This document shows positions 23,901 to 34,199 of a stretch of DNA of 64,000 bases, piece by piece. The DNA lies in assembly GCA_010093705.1 (NCBI GenBank), contig MU006095.1, positions 868,001 through 932,000 on the forward strand, written 5' to 3'. Source of the stretch: Patellaria atrata CBS 101060. Its lineage: Eukaryota. The notes under the pieces are model-generated. The model searched no databases, was not told the origin of the DNA, and worked only from the letters and a program-made list of their open reading frames with translations. Position 1 is the first letter of the stretch. Every line of letters begins with the position of its first letter. The position numbers and the translations under genes are program-made.

Positions 23901-25031
23901 ACTTCTGGCTTTGTTCAAGTTCTTTATTTCAAGGAGATAGAGTCTTTTATCCGTTACTTCAACGTATTCAAGTTTATATGGAAAAAAGTTATCATGTACG
24001 GAACAGCAGATAGTGAGATCGAGGCCCTCGACCCTGAAGGTTGGTTTCAAATTGATGTCCATGACCCAGTTAGTCCTTGGGATGAACGCCGACATAACTC
24101 TATTTTGAAGGGGTATCCGGAGTATCTGGAAAACGAAGTCTTTCCGAAATTTCGAATCGTAAACACCAATTCTGGTGACGGGTTTAAACGGGAGATTGAA
24201 TCTGGATCTCCTCAGTCTTCCAAACCTCCTAAACCTAAACCTTCGCCAAACTCCCCGGCAGACAATAATACATATACTAGGCCGTCTTGGCAAGATAGAT
24301 TCAACTCGTTGTTTTCCAGAAAAGACCGGCCGCCACATATTTCGACCAAATCAGATGTTACGCCGAAAGGTTCTGATACCACCTCGAAAGTATCAGATCA
24401 TGAATATCGCCAGCCGCAGAGCTTTCTCCATGACGGTTCCTCAGCACGTTCACAGCCTCCTTTAATAGCCTCTGGGCATAGTAGGGCTTCAACGACGGTT
24501 TCTCAACCCATATCGACTTTGGATATAAGATTTGCAGGTGGAAGAAATTATAAAGACGATGAGGAATGGGCAAAAGCTAACCATTTAGGCGATATGTTAG
24601 ATATGCGTAGATATGATAACAATCTATCAGAGCAGCGGAAATATGAGATTCGTAAATATTATCTCGACTTAATATCAAAAGTGCGTAAAGAAATAGAGGA
24701 CCAATTACTCCTAAAAGCTAGAGCGGAGAGCGCCCAACCTAAGAGCTTGTTGGATACCGAGAACTCGTTTGAGACCAAAAAACGTCAGACGTCGATGATA
24801 GAAAGGGGGACCCAATCAAGCGACTTGTCTAATGAAATTAGCGTGGGGATAACGAATGAGTGGGATAGCTATGTATTATATCGTCACCAAAATGAGGAAG
24901 ACAAGTTACCCAAGAGGCACTTGGTCAAACACCCAAGACCTGTGGTATCACATTCAGATGCCAGAACTAGGAGGATTAGAGAAACCGAACCGGAGAGGAT
25001 GAGGTCCCCCCATTCGACGCGATGGACCTGA
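20904..25031 (+). CDS. Intronless Ser/Thr protein kinase-domain protein (1375 aa) with a composite C-terminal extension
   Basis: FVLK, alphaC Glu (NFEAE), IRHKDIKPENILI, TDFG, CSPE and SDIWSLG; Gly-rich loop degenerate. Followed by DUF3659-like repeats, an SH3-like fragment and a charged tract. Confidence 0.88.
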   Translation: MFGGGQAGVNRALSDGQNYTEHNYEQELLPFFPPGSGEANFGGTKFEDNDFFEITQILARGGRRSWSRLPRTYTILRVIGALEYFDQIIRDKSTDLAIPYTKDNLPSCLPPNMRAQFYSAQNIVLSGVLELEQGYAGHHCHILDRASLQFITRANLAQNRASGTRVEKVYSSLSGRTFVLKTIRRKGKFYMDRETLTNFEAELNAAKKVKHDHIAVIAGSFTSPTQVGIVIATVGDCDLRTFLDGQIDADRKSLLRTWYGCLASGLLALHDAQIRHKDIKPENILIKNSKVFYTDFGIALDWSEKTRATTTGRPLLFSPRFCSPEVANWDGRNESSDIWSLGAVYLEMVTRLHNMSISEFRRFLDTHGEHTSSQYCRNVPGLRMWISELQARDSSSENNLPLPWISECFKDREAPRPTARKLWEMIDEDTYSSKFSYACEQCHKTHESSDSDTSSEMEQTSSEYPAQASQASIKSVPFPTPTGVVQLLDRNRTSEELLNTSGFPLLQHAVQAEDSTSLSDTTAVEEMAFQDSSSQPAGLITEAISRLDSRKQNADIVGSINKPSAPGLHVLKHGGIADDEGYITGYVTKGDLRSLQGLAVTQDGHILDKRGRITGYANLLDGAVKEGENMFKGIFKFPNAGFLALRVGEEGEIRSEDGIIVGIVVIGNLTYLTGLSVDEDGQIIDNYGHVKGQAKPLTSRRTRRRYPTLTSSTAETVGNERISERNRSLPNYKDSTKDDSWYANQKGERALFPSNHVGNAKTLARKIGLPVEAQQAINDNTQGTQKGAEEATENRLRQKKETKRQTEARQLAGRSRRKEEAGIRRREKIQERRDQRRWREEEEEARVRAEEGKIAEPRHKDEEDAQHVKREHIVKENAEMPPGKRHAQDRNGKSRAESFKEEVDARENSSVLADSTGHSAAIVQNTEHDVPLLSEITDKIGRPTLVPSWTDTRKLPKDHMEVSDTIYLKVENIEYEATKENFKILFEAFPCSVAAWLGNTSGFVQVLYFKEIESFIRYFNVFKFIWKKVIMYGTADSEIEALDPEGWFQIDVHDPVSPWDERRHNSILKGYPEYLENEVFPKFRIVNTNSGDGFKREIESGSPQSSKPPKPKPSPNSPADNNTYTRPSWQDRFNSLFSRKDRPPHISTKSDVTPKGSDTTSKVSDHEYRQPQSFLHDGSSARSQPPLIASGHSRASTTVSQPISTLDIRFAGGRNYKDDEEWAKANHLGDMLDMRRYDNNLSEQRKYEIRKYYLDLISKVRKEIEDQLLLKARAESAQPKSLLDTENSFETKKRQTSMIERGTQSSDLSNEISVGITNEWDSYVLYRHQNEEDKLPKRHLVKHPRPVVSHSDARTRRIRETEPERMRSPHSTRWT

Positions 25032-26084
25032 TAATTGTCATCCTTTATCTTACCGTCGGGCAGGTGGTTGGAGTCGATTGCGTAACCAGTGCAGTTGTAC
25101 AGTATATCATATACGTCTAGAGCGTGTGATATACTCAATTAAAACATGTTGTTGCGCTTGTAAGCCTTGTATACGCAGGTAGACTTCTTGGCCAATCAAC
25201 CCATCAAGGCATCATCACTTCATAGTACACCGCTGTATAAGGGATGGAGTGTCTAATTGGTTAATTTCGAGGAGGAGGTAAAAGCAGGAGTCTGCTCACA
25301 AAATTGACAAAACAGACGGAGTACTCGTAACCTTTACGGTAACGCGTTTAAGGTAGCGTTAGAGCAAGCCACCCTCTAGAGGAGTGTGAGGACCTGTATT
25401 TCTCCTATTCTAGAGCAGAGATTCACTGTAGTCGCTGGTGAATGATGTCAAGTGCGTAATATCACTGGATTCTCACGTTTATTTAACAACAGCTAATCAC
25501 CTGAAAATATATCTCTAGCAATCCCTAGAACAATCATGAATTACCCTTTTCCTTCTCTCTACGCTTCACCTCTTAATCTTTCCACCGACAGTTCCCCATT
25601 GCATGAAGGAAAAAGAGAACTACAGGTCAGTGTGGAAAGGAGAGACATAAGTCTACGAGAGTAGTTGACGCGAACGTTTCAAGTGCCTGACTAGTAACTG
25701 TCCTCACAGTCGCACCGTAACAAGGGGTCTGTGATATGAGTTGCGTAGGACAGGTCCCACGTCTAGCCGACATTAGATGTGATAATCTGCCTATCTTCGT
25801 AGGGACCCTAAAGCTTTTCCATATATGAAGTCTCCATAGCCCGAAACTGGCACTGCAATGCAGGAGTATGAGTATGTCAGGGTGTGATGGTGGCTAAATA
25901 TATCAACTTCCTAGACTGAGATGATCTCACATTGGAATCTCATATATAAGGAAGGAGCCAGATCGCTCTATGAGTTGGATAAACCTACAAATGTAACGAA
26001 ACTTTTGTGAAATTGGGTATCTCATATGCCAACTCGCCTCCACTCTGTCAACCCTTCTCCAAAATCCTCTATCATCCCATCCCT

Positions 26085-26906
26085 CTAAGCAAACTTATCA
26101 TGCTTCCCCTTAACCTTAACATCCAGCATCTTCTCATAAAAGTCCCCCTCTCTCCTCGCCCTCTTCAGCGTCCTAACCTCCTCATCCCCCAACGTCCGTC
26201 CCACCATCTCCTCCAACTCCTTCCTCGAAATCTTCTCCGCAGCCTTCTGCACCCTACTCGCCTTCAAGCGGGGCTTAAACCTTGCCTGCATACGTATCCT
26301 CACCGTCGTCGAAAACCCCATCGTCTCCGCATCCCCTCTAATCTCCACCGCCTTCCCCTCCTCCCCTTGAACCGCAACGAACCTCTCCCGCGCGGATTGC
26401 ACGTGAAAACCCCCCGGGACATCGGCGTCCGAAATCACGATCCAGCTTTCCTCTGCCCCGACCGCTTCCCGCGTGCAGCTTAGCACGCCGGATCTGTCGC
26501 ACGAGAGGTACCATCCCGTGTGCGACTTGAAGCTAAACCCTTCGGTGCCGGCGACGCGGTTGGCGACGAAGACTTGGCGGACGTCGTGCGGTTCCGCGGT
26601 CGAGGGGTCGCCTTCGATGATGTTTTCAATGGGGAGGGAGAAGACGGTGCCGTTTGCATCGCTGGAGAGGAGGGTTGGGGGAACGGAGGGAAGGGTGAAG
26701 ATGACGGGGCCGGAGATATCGGAGGGCGCCTCGGCGGAGACCCAGGAGTCGTCGGAGGGGTCGGTGGTGGTGGGTTGGGGAGCTGTTGACGGGTTGGTCG
26801 TGGTAAGAATTTTGGAGGAGGGAGAGTCTTCGGAGGGCTCGTCGGCGGGGACGCGCTTGCGCTTTTTGGCCTTTTTGTCGCCTTTGAATGTGAGGGCTTT
26901 GACCAT
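26085..26906 (-). CDS. FRG1: FRG1-like protein (actin-crosslinking beta-trefoil)
   Basis: MVKALTFKGDKKAKKRKR, AEPHDVRQVFVA, YLSCDRSG, AVGAEESW, IRMQARFK and C-terminal KGKHDKFA. Confidence 0.88.
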   Translation of the reverse strand: MVKALTFKGDKKAKKRKRVPADEPSEDSPSSKILTTTNPSTAPQPTTTDPSDDSWVSAEAPSDISGPVIFTLPSVPPTLLSSDANGTVFSLPIENIIEGDPSTAEPHDVRQVFVANRVAGTEGFSFKSHTGWYLSCDRSGVLSCTREAVGAEESWIVISDADVPGGFHVQSARERFVAVQGEEGKAVEIRGDAETMGFSTTVRIRMQARFKPRLKASRVQKAAEKISRKELEEMVGRTLGDEEVRTLKRARREGDFYEKMLDVKVKGKHDKFA

Positions 26907-27404
26907 CGTTTAGTGACAAGAGTGGCTAGTTAAGTCTTGTGAATTGTTGTGGGATTCTTAAGATGGTAAGGTACTGATATGTAAGGTACATCTCTTGGCG
27001 GTAGAATTAGCTCTTATCGATAAGGAGATGAGACGACAAGGGGTAAAGCACTTGCCGAACGTCATGACGCCGTTGACTAGATCCACGGAAGCAAATGGGG
27101 TAAAAACGTTCAAAATGTCATTTGCCCCTCTTAAAGATTCTGTAGCCTTTCTATGATCCACATGGCCGTCACCCTATGTTGCTTTCATCGAGCGGATTCG
27201 TGACGTCTGACGTACATATGTTGTAACAACTTTCGGGCATAAATGCTAAGTATATAACATATTATAGCTGCTTTCTTTCTCTCGATATAATAAACACTTA
27301 TATCGCTCTCCAATTGAAAACTGTGACCCTTTCACTACAATTTCATACATTGCTTATTACAACCTACTACTACAGAAACAGAATCCAAACACTAACCCCT
27401 GATC

Positions 27405-28955
27405 ATGGCGATGTCCCAAGCTGCCTACGCGGCCGAAAAGGCCATTGGCCACGATGATAACGCTGTCACCTCTCAAGATATCACGAATCCAGCCCTCGAT
27501 CGAGAAAGGTATGGCGATTCAAGCGTGAAGATGAAGGCGTTGGCTTGGATGGGAAAGAACACGGTCAAAGTTGGTTCGTGATCCAGCCTCCAAAACCCTT
27601 CCCATGAAACGAAAAGAATAGCTAATACAGTCCATACAGTCGAGTGTCCAAAACCAAAGGTCGTAGAGGAAAAAGACGTCATATTGAAAGTGACGGGAAG
27701 TACAGTGTGCGGAAGTGATCTACATTTACTACACGGCAAGCTACACTTCCCTGGCATACAAAATCGCGGCATTAACATGTCTCCCCAGGCGTCGTTGTCC
27801 AACTCCAAAAAGGCGACATCCTCGGCCACGAATTCTGCGGCGTAGTCGACGACGTCGGCTCCGGCGTGACGAACGTCAAAAAGGGCGACCGAGTTGTAGC
27901 ATCTTTCCAAATCGCATGCGGCAACTGCTACTTCTGTAAGCAAAAGCTCTCCTCACAGTGCGAGAAGACCAATTCCAACACGATCGAAAATGCAATGTAC
28001 GGCGGCCGCACCGCTGGCATGTTCGGCTACTCCCACTTCACGGGCGGCTTTGCGGGGGGACAAGCCGAATACGTCCGTGTGCCGTACGGCGATGTCAATC
28101 TGCTCAAGTTGCCCGATGACGTACCGGACGAGAAGGGGCTGTATCTCTCGGACGTGCTGGCGACGAGCTGGAACGCCGTTGTCGACACAGGTGTGAACGA
28201 AGGCGACGTCGTGGCCATCTGGGGCGCGGGCCCGATCGGTCAGATGTGCGTCGATTTCGCCTTCGTCCAGGGCGCCAAGCGCGTCATCGTTATCGACTCG
28301 AACTGGCGCCTCGACTACATCAAAGAGAAGTACCCGAAAGCCGAGACGCTCGACTACAGCAAACTACCCCGAGGCGAGAGCGTGACGAGCAAGTTGAAGG
28401 AGATGGTAGATGGGAGGGGCCCGGATGTGGCGATCGAGTGCGTGGCGGGCGAGTATGCGAAGGGCTGGGCGCATTATTTCGAGATCCTGTTGGGTTTTGA
28501 GACGGATACGAGTGAGATTGTTAATGAGATGATTACGAGCGTGAGGAATTTTGGACGGTGTGGTATCACAGGTGTGTATGTTGGATTTGTAAGTCCCCTA
28601 TACTTCATACCTCATCCCTATCCACCCCCTAAAACGCAAATACCCAAACAACAACAAAACTAACAATAAAATCTAGACCAACCACTTCAACATCGGCTCC
28701 CTGATGGAGCGCGGCATCCGCCTCATCGGCAACGGTCAGGCCCCCGTTCACCTCTACTGGGAAAATCTCCTCAAGATGATCCAGGAGGGCAAGATCGACC
28801 CGCTCAAGATGGTCTCTCATCGCGTCCGCATCGACGATTTGGAGAAGGTGTACGAGAAGTTCGAGAAGAAGGAGGATGGGATGCAGAAGGTGTATGTCGA
28901 GACGAAGTTTTCGGCGCCGCCGTGTACCGGGAGTCCGGGGTTGACGACTTATTAG
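27405..28955 (+). CDS. Zinc-dependent medium-chain dehydrogenase (glutathione-dependent formaldehyde dehydrogenase-like / YbdR-like), 3 introns
   Basis: CGSDLH, LGHEFCG, structural Zn CGNCYFC...C, GYSHFTGGFAGGQAEYVRVP and Rossmann GAGPIG. Confidence 0.92.
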
Positions 28956-30011
28956 AGGAAAGGGGTGGGGGCGGGGGGGTTCAGGGTGTGAGTTGAGCGG
29001 TATGAGTGATGAGTGATGATGGGAGCATGTTGATGGTGTTGAGGTGGTGTGAGTTGAGCTTTTGACAATAAGTCATTGTGGGTAAATTCGTATAGTAATG
29101 TACATGTTGAACGAAACTTAGGAAACGGTTATCGATATTCTTCATCAACATCAAGCGACCATCTCGTGGATGGCAATATACCTCCAATTGTGCATGCTGA
29201 CATAAAAGGTACCTTAAGGGTATGTTATTAAATCGTGACAATCAGTTCAATCAATCCTCAAGACCACGCTGCGCTCCCTACCTGAACACACGCACCGACA
29301 AACCTAATCCAAAATTCACCTCACTACAATACCTTATCAAGTATCCAAGAAGTGCAAAAGCCTCGCGTACCTTCCCTTCTACAAAAGGATCCAGTTCCAC
29401 AGTACTGCCGGTAGCTCTTTCCCATTCCATTCCATTCCCGACTCACACCATCCCTTCCGCACATCCGACCGACGCACCCCGCACAGAAGCAACCTCAAAC
29501 CTAAAGATACCCTTAAAGATTAATAAAGTACCTTGTTGTATTACCATTTTTTTTTAAAAAAAAAAAAGAATTCTGAACCCTGATGTCATGGTTCGAGGGT
29601 GAAACGGTACCTGTATCAAAACCTGCAACAGCATGCGCCCTGCATCCCAAGGTGCGGGAGCCTCATCTCATCACGGTTCCAGGATGAAAATACGACAAGG
29701 GCCGATTTTAAAAATGTGGTGTTCATTACTGCTATGAATGGGTGCTATGTAATGCACTGTTTATGCAAAGTGGCTCATGCTTGACGATAGATGGTTGATG
29801 AGATGGTAGTGGAGGGATATATCGTAACATGAAAAAAAACGCCAAACGCTATGCTGAACACAAAAACTGACTGCACGTCCAATCATAGTATGTCGTATCT
29901 ACATGATTGATGAGTTGGAGCGTCGTCAAAGACCCAAAGTGGCTAAATACTGAAATACAACTGAAAAATCTTGATTCAAAAATCGCTGGCGTCAGGATCG
30001 AGGTGACTGTC

Positions 30012-30600
30012 TTAGACCTTCCCGGCTCCTCTGCTACTTCCTCTCTTGGGTAGTGTCCAAGGTTCGGCACAGACGACCTATAACTAAAATGTCAGCAACT
30101 CCGAAATTCGACCGGGTTTGCAGTGGGTAGGATTGATACGCACCTCTCCCTCGCTGTAAGCCCAGAAATAGACGACCATGCCGACGACGTAGTAGATGGC
30201 CGGGTTGGTGCTCTGGTACATGAGCGCCGCGGCGAGGGCGAAGACGGGGAATATGATCAGCCGGGCTTCGATGGAGCGGTGGATCATGCTCCCGGCGACG
30301 AACTTGAGCGGCCACTCGTAGGCGAGGCCGATGATGCCGAAGAGGAGGTTCATGGTTTGTAGCACCGGGATCGGCTTGACGGCGCCGTCGAGGTTCTTGG
30401 TCAGGAAGTCCCAGAAGACTTTGGGCCAGAAGAACCCTTCGAGTGCGGCGGCGATTTGATCTGTAGTTGATTAGAGGAGTGGTGGGGGGGGGGGGGAGGG
30501 GGGGGAGGGGGAGATGTAGGATGGTAGAGCAGTGGGACTTACAGGTTGCGGCAGTAAGCACAATGAGACGTGCCCAGTGGTTCTTGATGAGTTTGCCCAT
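30012..30600 (-). CDS. noxD: NoxD / Pro41 / HAM-6, fungal p22phox-like NADPH oxidase subunit; exons 30600-30543, 30460-30144, 30077-30012
   Basis: Spliced product MGKLIKNHWARLIVLTAATYQIAAALEGFFWPKVFWDFLTKNLDGAVKPIPVLQ...EWPL...IHRSIEARL...YFWAYSEGEVVCAEPWTLPKR matches the Pro41/HAM-6 sequence pattern as I recall it. Confidence 0.9.
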
Positions 30601-31055
30601 TTTTGCGATATATGTACGTTCTTTTTTATTTTACTTCTATCTCCGAGCTTCTTGGTGGATACAGTGAGGGTAATTGGGGTCGGGATTTGAGTGAATGGAA
30701 TGACCGCCGGCGGACAGGTATTATTACAAGAGTAAAGACGATGAAAAGACCTAGAGATTGGAGAAGCTGTGAAGATTGGCTACCGCGCTGCGAGCTGGTC
30801 TCTAGAAAGAATCATGTCCACTCGGCGCCGGGTCGTCGTCCTTATATCGCGCCTGATGGCAGGCTGAGGCGGAGTGGAGATTGATGTCAATGCCTGGGAT
30901 ATCTCATACAATGGTGAATCTGGAGATCGGAGGTTGAGAATAGGTTTGAATCGCGGATGAGGAGGGTCTTGGGTTTGAGAAGTATATGATGAGACGAACG
31001 GCACGGGTAGGAGTGTCAAGAGATGGAAGTGTTCATTATGCGAAAAGCTATCGGT

Positions 31056-31082
31056 AGAGTGGCAGAGTGGCAGAGTGGCAGT
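31056..31082. repeat. Short tandem repeat (AGAGTGGC)x3
   Basis: Directly visible in the noxD-noxA intergenic region. Confidence 0.8.
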
Positions 31083-34000
31083 ATACCTATCTTGGGCAGC
31101 GGGGGGGTACGGTATGGGGCCTGGGGTACCTGGGAAGCATGAATGGCAGAATGCAGGAACAGGGATTCAGATTAAGCGCTCAGTGTGTTAGCGAACCTAT
31201 CCGACGTTCAGGAGTCGCAGAGTGCACCGAGCTTTGTGCGTGACCCCAAGTTGAAATCCCTAATTCTTTACCATCCCGTACACGCCGTGAGCACAGTGCG
31301 GATTTCCTGCAGCATCAAGGGCAAATAATCGTCTTCCCGCTTCCTTCCCTTGGTCCCTTTTTTTAGGCTTGTCTTGGGTTAGCCGCTAAGGGTCCTTGGG
31401 GTCCCTCCCTTGTTACACCTATCGCTGCTGTGATACACATCAGACTCTTCCTATAGACCCTTTCTTGACATTTTTTGTCACATCAGAAGTCATGAGCTCA
31501 AGTCACCGGCTGCGAACTGTTGAGAGATCTTGACTCTTGACGTCTGAAGGGATGAGAGAAAGAGAGGTCTGGGGAAGAGACGGTAACAGCCGAACTGCAG
31601 CGGCGTAAAGAAGCTTCGCCTTATCCCATCTGAGGAATATCGATAGGGATTGAGGTTTTTGGGAGACTACTGTGTAAGGAAGTCACTTGTAGATGTATCG
31701 CGTGGGTCTCTCATCACATACTAACTAAATATCACATCATGGTGATTCGAAGAACTTGTTTTTCGTCTACCGACTCTACCGAGTTATCCTACCACAAGCA
31801 GAGGCATTTGCCGACAATTCCTTGAGCTACCAAGCTGGATTTATTTTTCAATCACAAAATATCTGATTTCAAAAGAGATGATTTGTTGATTGCAACCAAT
31901 AGTACTATCGTTGGACAAGAAATTGGCATTGTCAATATCAAGAATCTCTTCTGTAATCCGGACCCAGATCTAAGGAGATAACTGTTCCTCGTTAGAGCTG
32001 CCCAGATTCTTATTCATTATTAGTCATTATTATTCTTCATCCCTTCAGTTGAATCATGCTTCATCAATCAAGACCAACTTTACTTTAAGAGGATCGCAAA
32101 TCAAATGCTGAGAGGCTGCGTATGGCAATAGCGTCAATTTTATCGATGGCGCTCCAGCACGTCTAGGTACCTGTATATAATTTCACAGTGGCCTGACAGT
32201 CAGCAAGATGTGCTTTTACTAGTCTTCGAGCAGCATCCTACTTCATGCACGGTGATTCGAAGCATCGTGAAAAGGGACATGATTTTATAACAGTATCCAG
32301 AACTGGGACCCAAGTCGCCCCGTTTTCCTAGATTGTATCCCGGTATAACATTTGCTTCCATTCACGGCGAAAGAAGTTCGAAAAGACTTCTACAATCTTA
32401 GGTGATACGAGTCGGAACGTGACCAGATACTTTGTTCTTTTGAGATCAACGACATTTCTTGTTGGTCGGCCTTTTCTTTTCGACCCAAGCCAAGATCCTC
32501 TACAGCGCGTAAATTGAGAAAAAGATTGGTTAGGTGATTGGGATACAGACTCGCTAAGGTACGAATGGCTGTCGATTTGCTCCGCTCCAGCCATCCAAGA
32601 TCCTCCGCCTTCACATACGCCCCAAAATGCCAAAAATGGTATGGCAGGATCTATTTTGAGGATTTTTCACTACCGATAGATGTGCTAAGGACGGGTATCA
32701 CGAGTTTGCACGATAGCAGGCGGGGCGAACAAAGACCTTTGTCGAGACCGAGGAGGTGATAAAGCTCCTAGCGGTGCATCGACGGGGCAGGATTATACCG
32801 TAGTCTTTGCTGCATCTGAGACCCGAAGCAGATGCTCTCGAAAAAGTCGAAGAGGATCCCTGACTAGCATCGCGGCGGCAAGGGGAAGGCAAAGGCAAGG
32901 GACCAAGGCGGTGAATCTCCATTGTCATACCTGATCGACACTTCGAAGGTGTTCGCAGGTAAGTGGACAGTTGGGACGGGTACTGTACTGCTGTACTGTA
33001 GAATAGTTTCTGCGACTTGAACTTCAGTTCGCACATCTCAAAAAACATCAAGTTCAGAGTTGACCCACCGGCGACCTACATTATATCATTGTGTATGAAA
33101 TAATCCCCCTTAGGCCATTCGCGACTTAAACGTTTCGTATCTGTTTCCACCGGTTTCGCCTATTCATAGTCCTCCCAACAAGGAGACATCCATCCTCTCC
33201 GCAATCCCTCGAAGACCATATCGCAGCACCGCCGCTCTCCAGATAGAGTAGAAGTTTCCGAATTAGAGGAGGCAGTAGAAATTGATAGGTTATTGAGGAG
33301 GAGTTTCGACTTTCGCCAGAGCGTCTATCGAGGGAGCTTGGTGTTGTAAAAACATAAAGTACGAAGCCACCTCCGCAAACTCGCTGTTGTCAAAGTCGCA
33401 TCAACGTCGCGCATCGAGGAATACATCATAAAGACTGTTTCAACAGAGTAAAAGATCAGCAATTATAATACGGATAATAATTATTGAGGCGTTTATTCTT
33501 CTACTGCGGGCTCCTCAAAGTTTAAAGCTTCAAACGCTCATCTCTCTCCCAAGGGTTCGCTTCTACATGATGGTACTCAGGAGGTCGTTACACATCTGAA
33601 ACGCTCCCTCGACAACCAGCATTGCGATACACCGAATTCCTCTCCCTACACCAAAACCGACTTAGACCTTTCGGAATCCAAGGCTTCCTGTCTTCAACCA
33701 AACGCATAAGCTCCGCGCCCTTGTAAATACTCCTAAATATTCCCTCGGTCGACCCCCGATCCATAGCACCTAAGCCGGAACGGGCAGTATAATCAAGTTT
33801 GATCTCCGGATTGAAGCTTAAGGTTAGTTTCATCGTCTCCAGATCTTGCAGATCTTGCTTCAAAGAACTCCTCGCTCACACTTTATATCATCAGCATCAG
33901 ACCACTTTGTTCCTCTTAACACTTGGTCATCCCTGGGAAAAAGCTTGAGCCTTTGGTAGTCGACCATAGTACCGCCTCTCTTTTGTCTTCCTCTCCTGGC

Positions 34001-34199
34001 AGGCCGGTGACTCCATTCTATCATTACATTCTCTGCCGGTGCTGGGTCACTGATTTACGACTTTTACATTCTTTAATACTACCACGATCTTTTTTCGAAA
34101 GACATTCCTTCTCACCGATACGACGTAGCCACGGTTGGGATAATCTGGGCGTATATAGGACTCGCAGAATCTCGAGTTAAAGAGCAGTAGTAATAGACC

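Noticed and set aside
33588..33863. 91-aa ORF between noxD and noxA
   Set aside because: Non-ATG start, no recognisable motif and no supporting splice structure.
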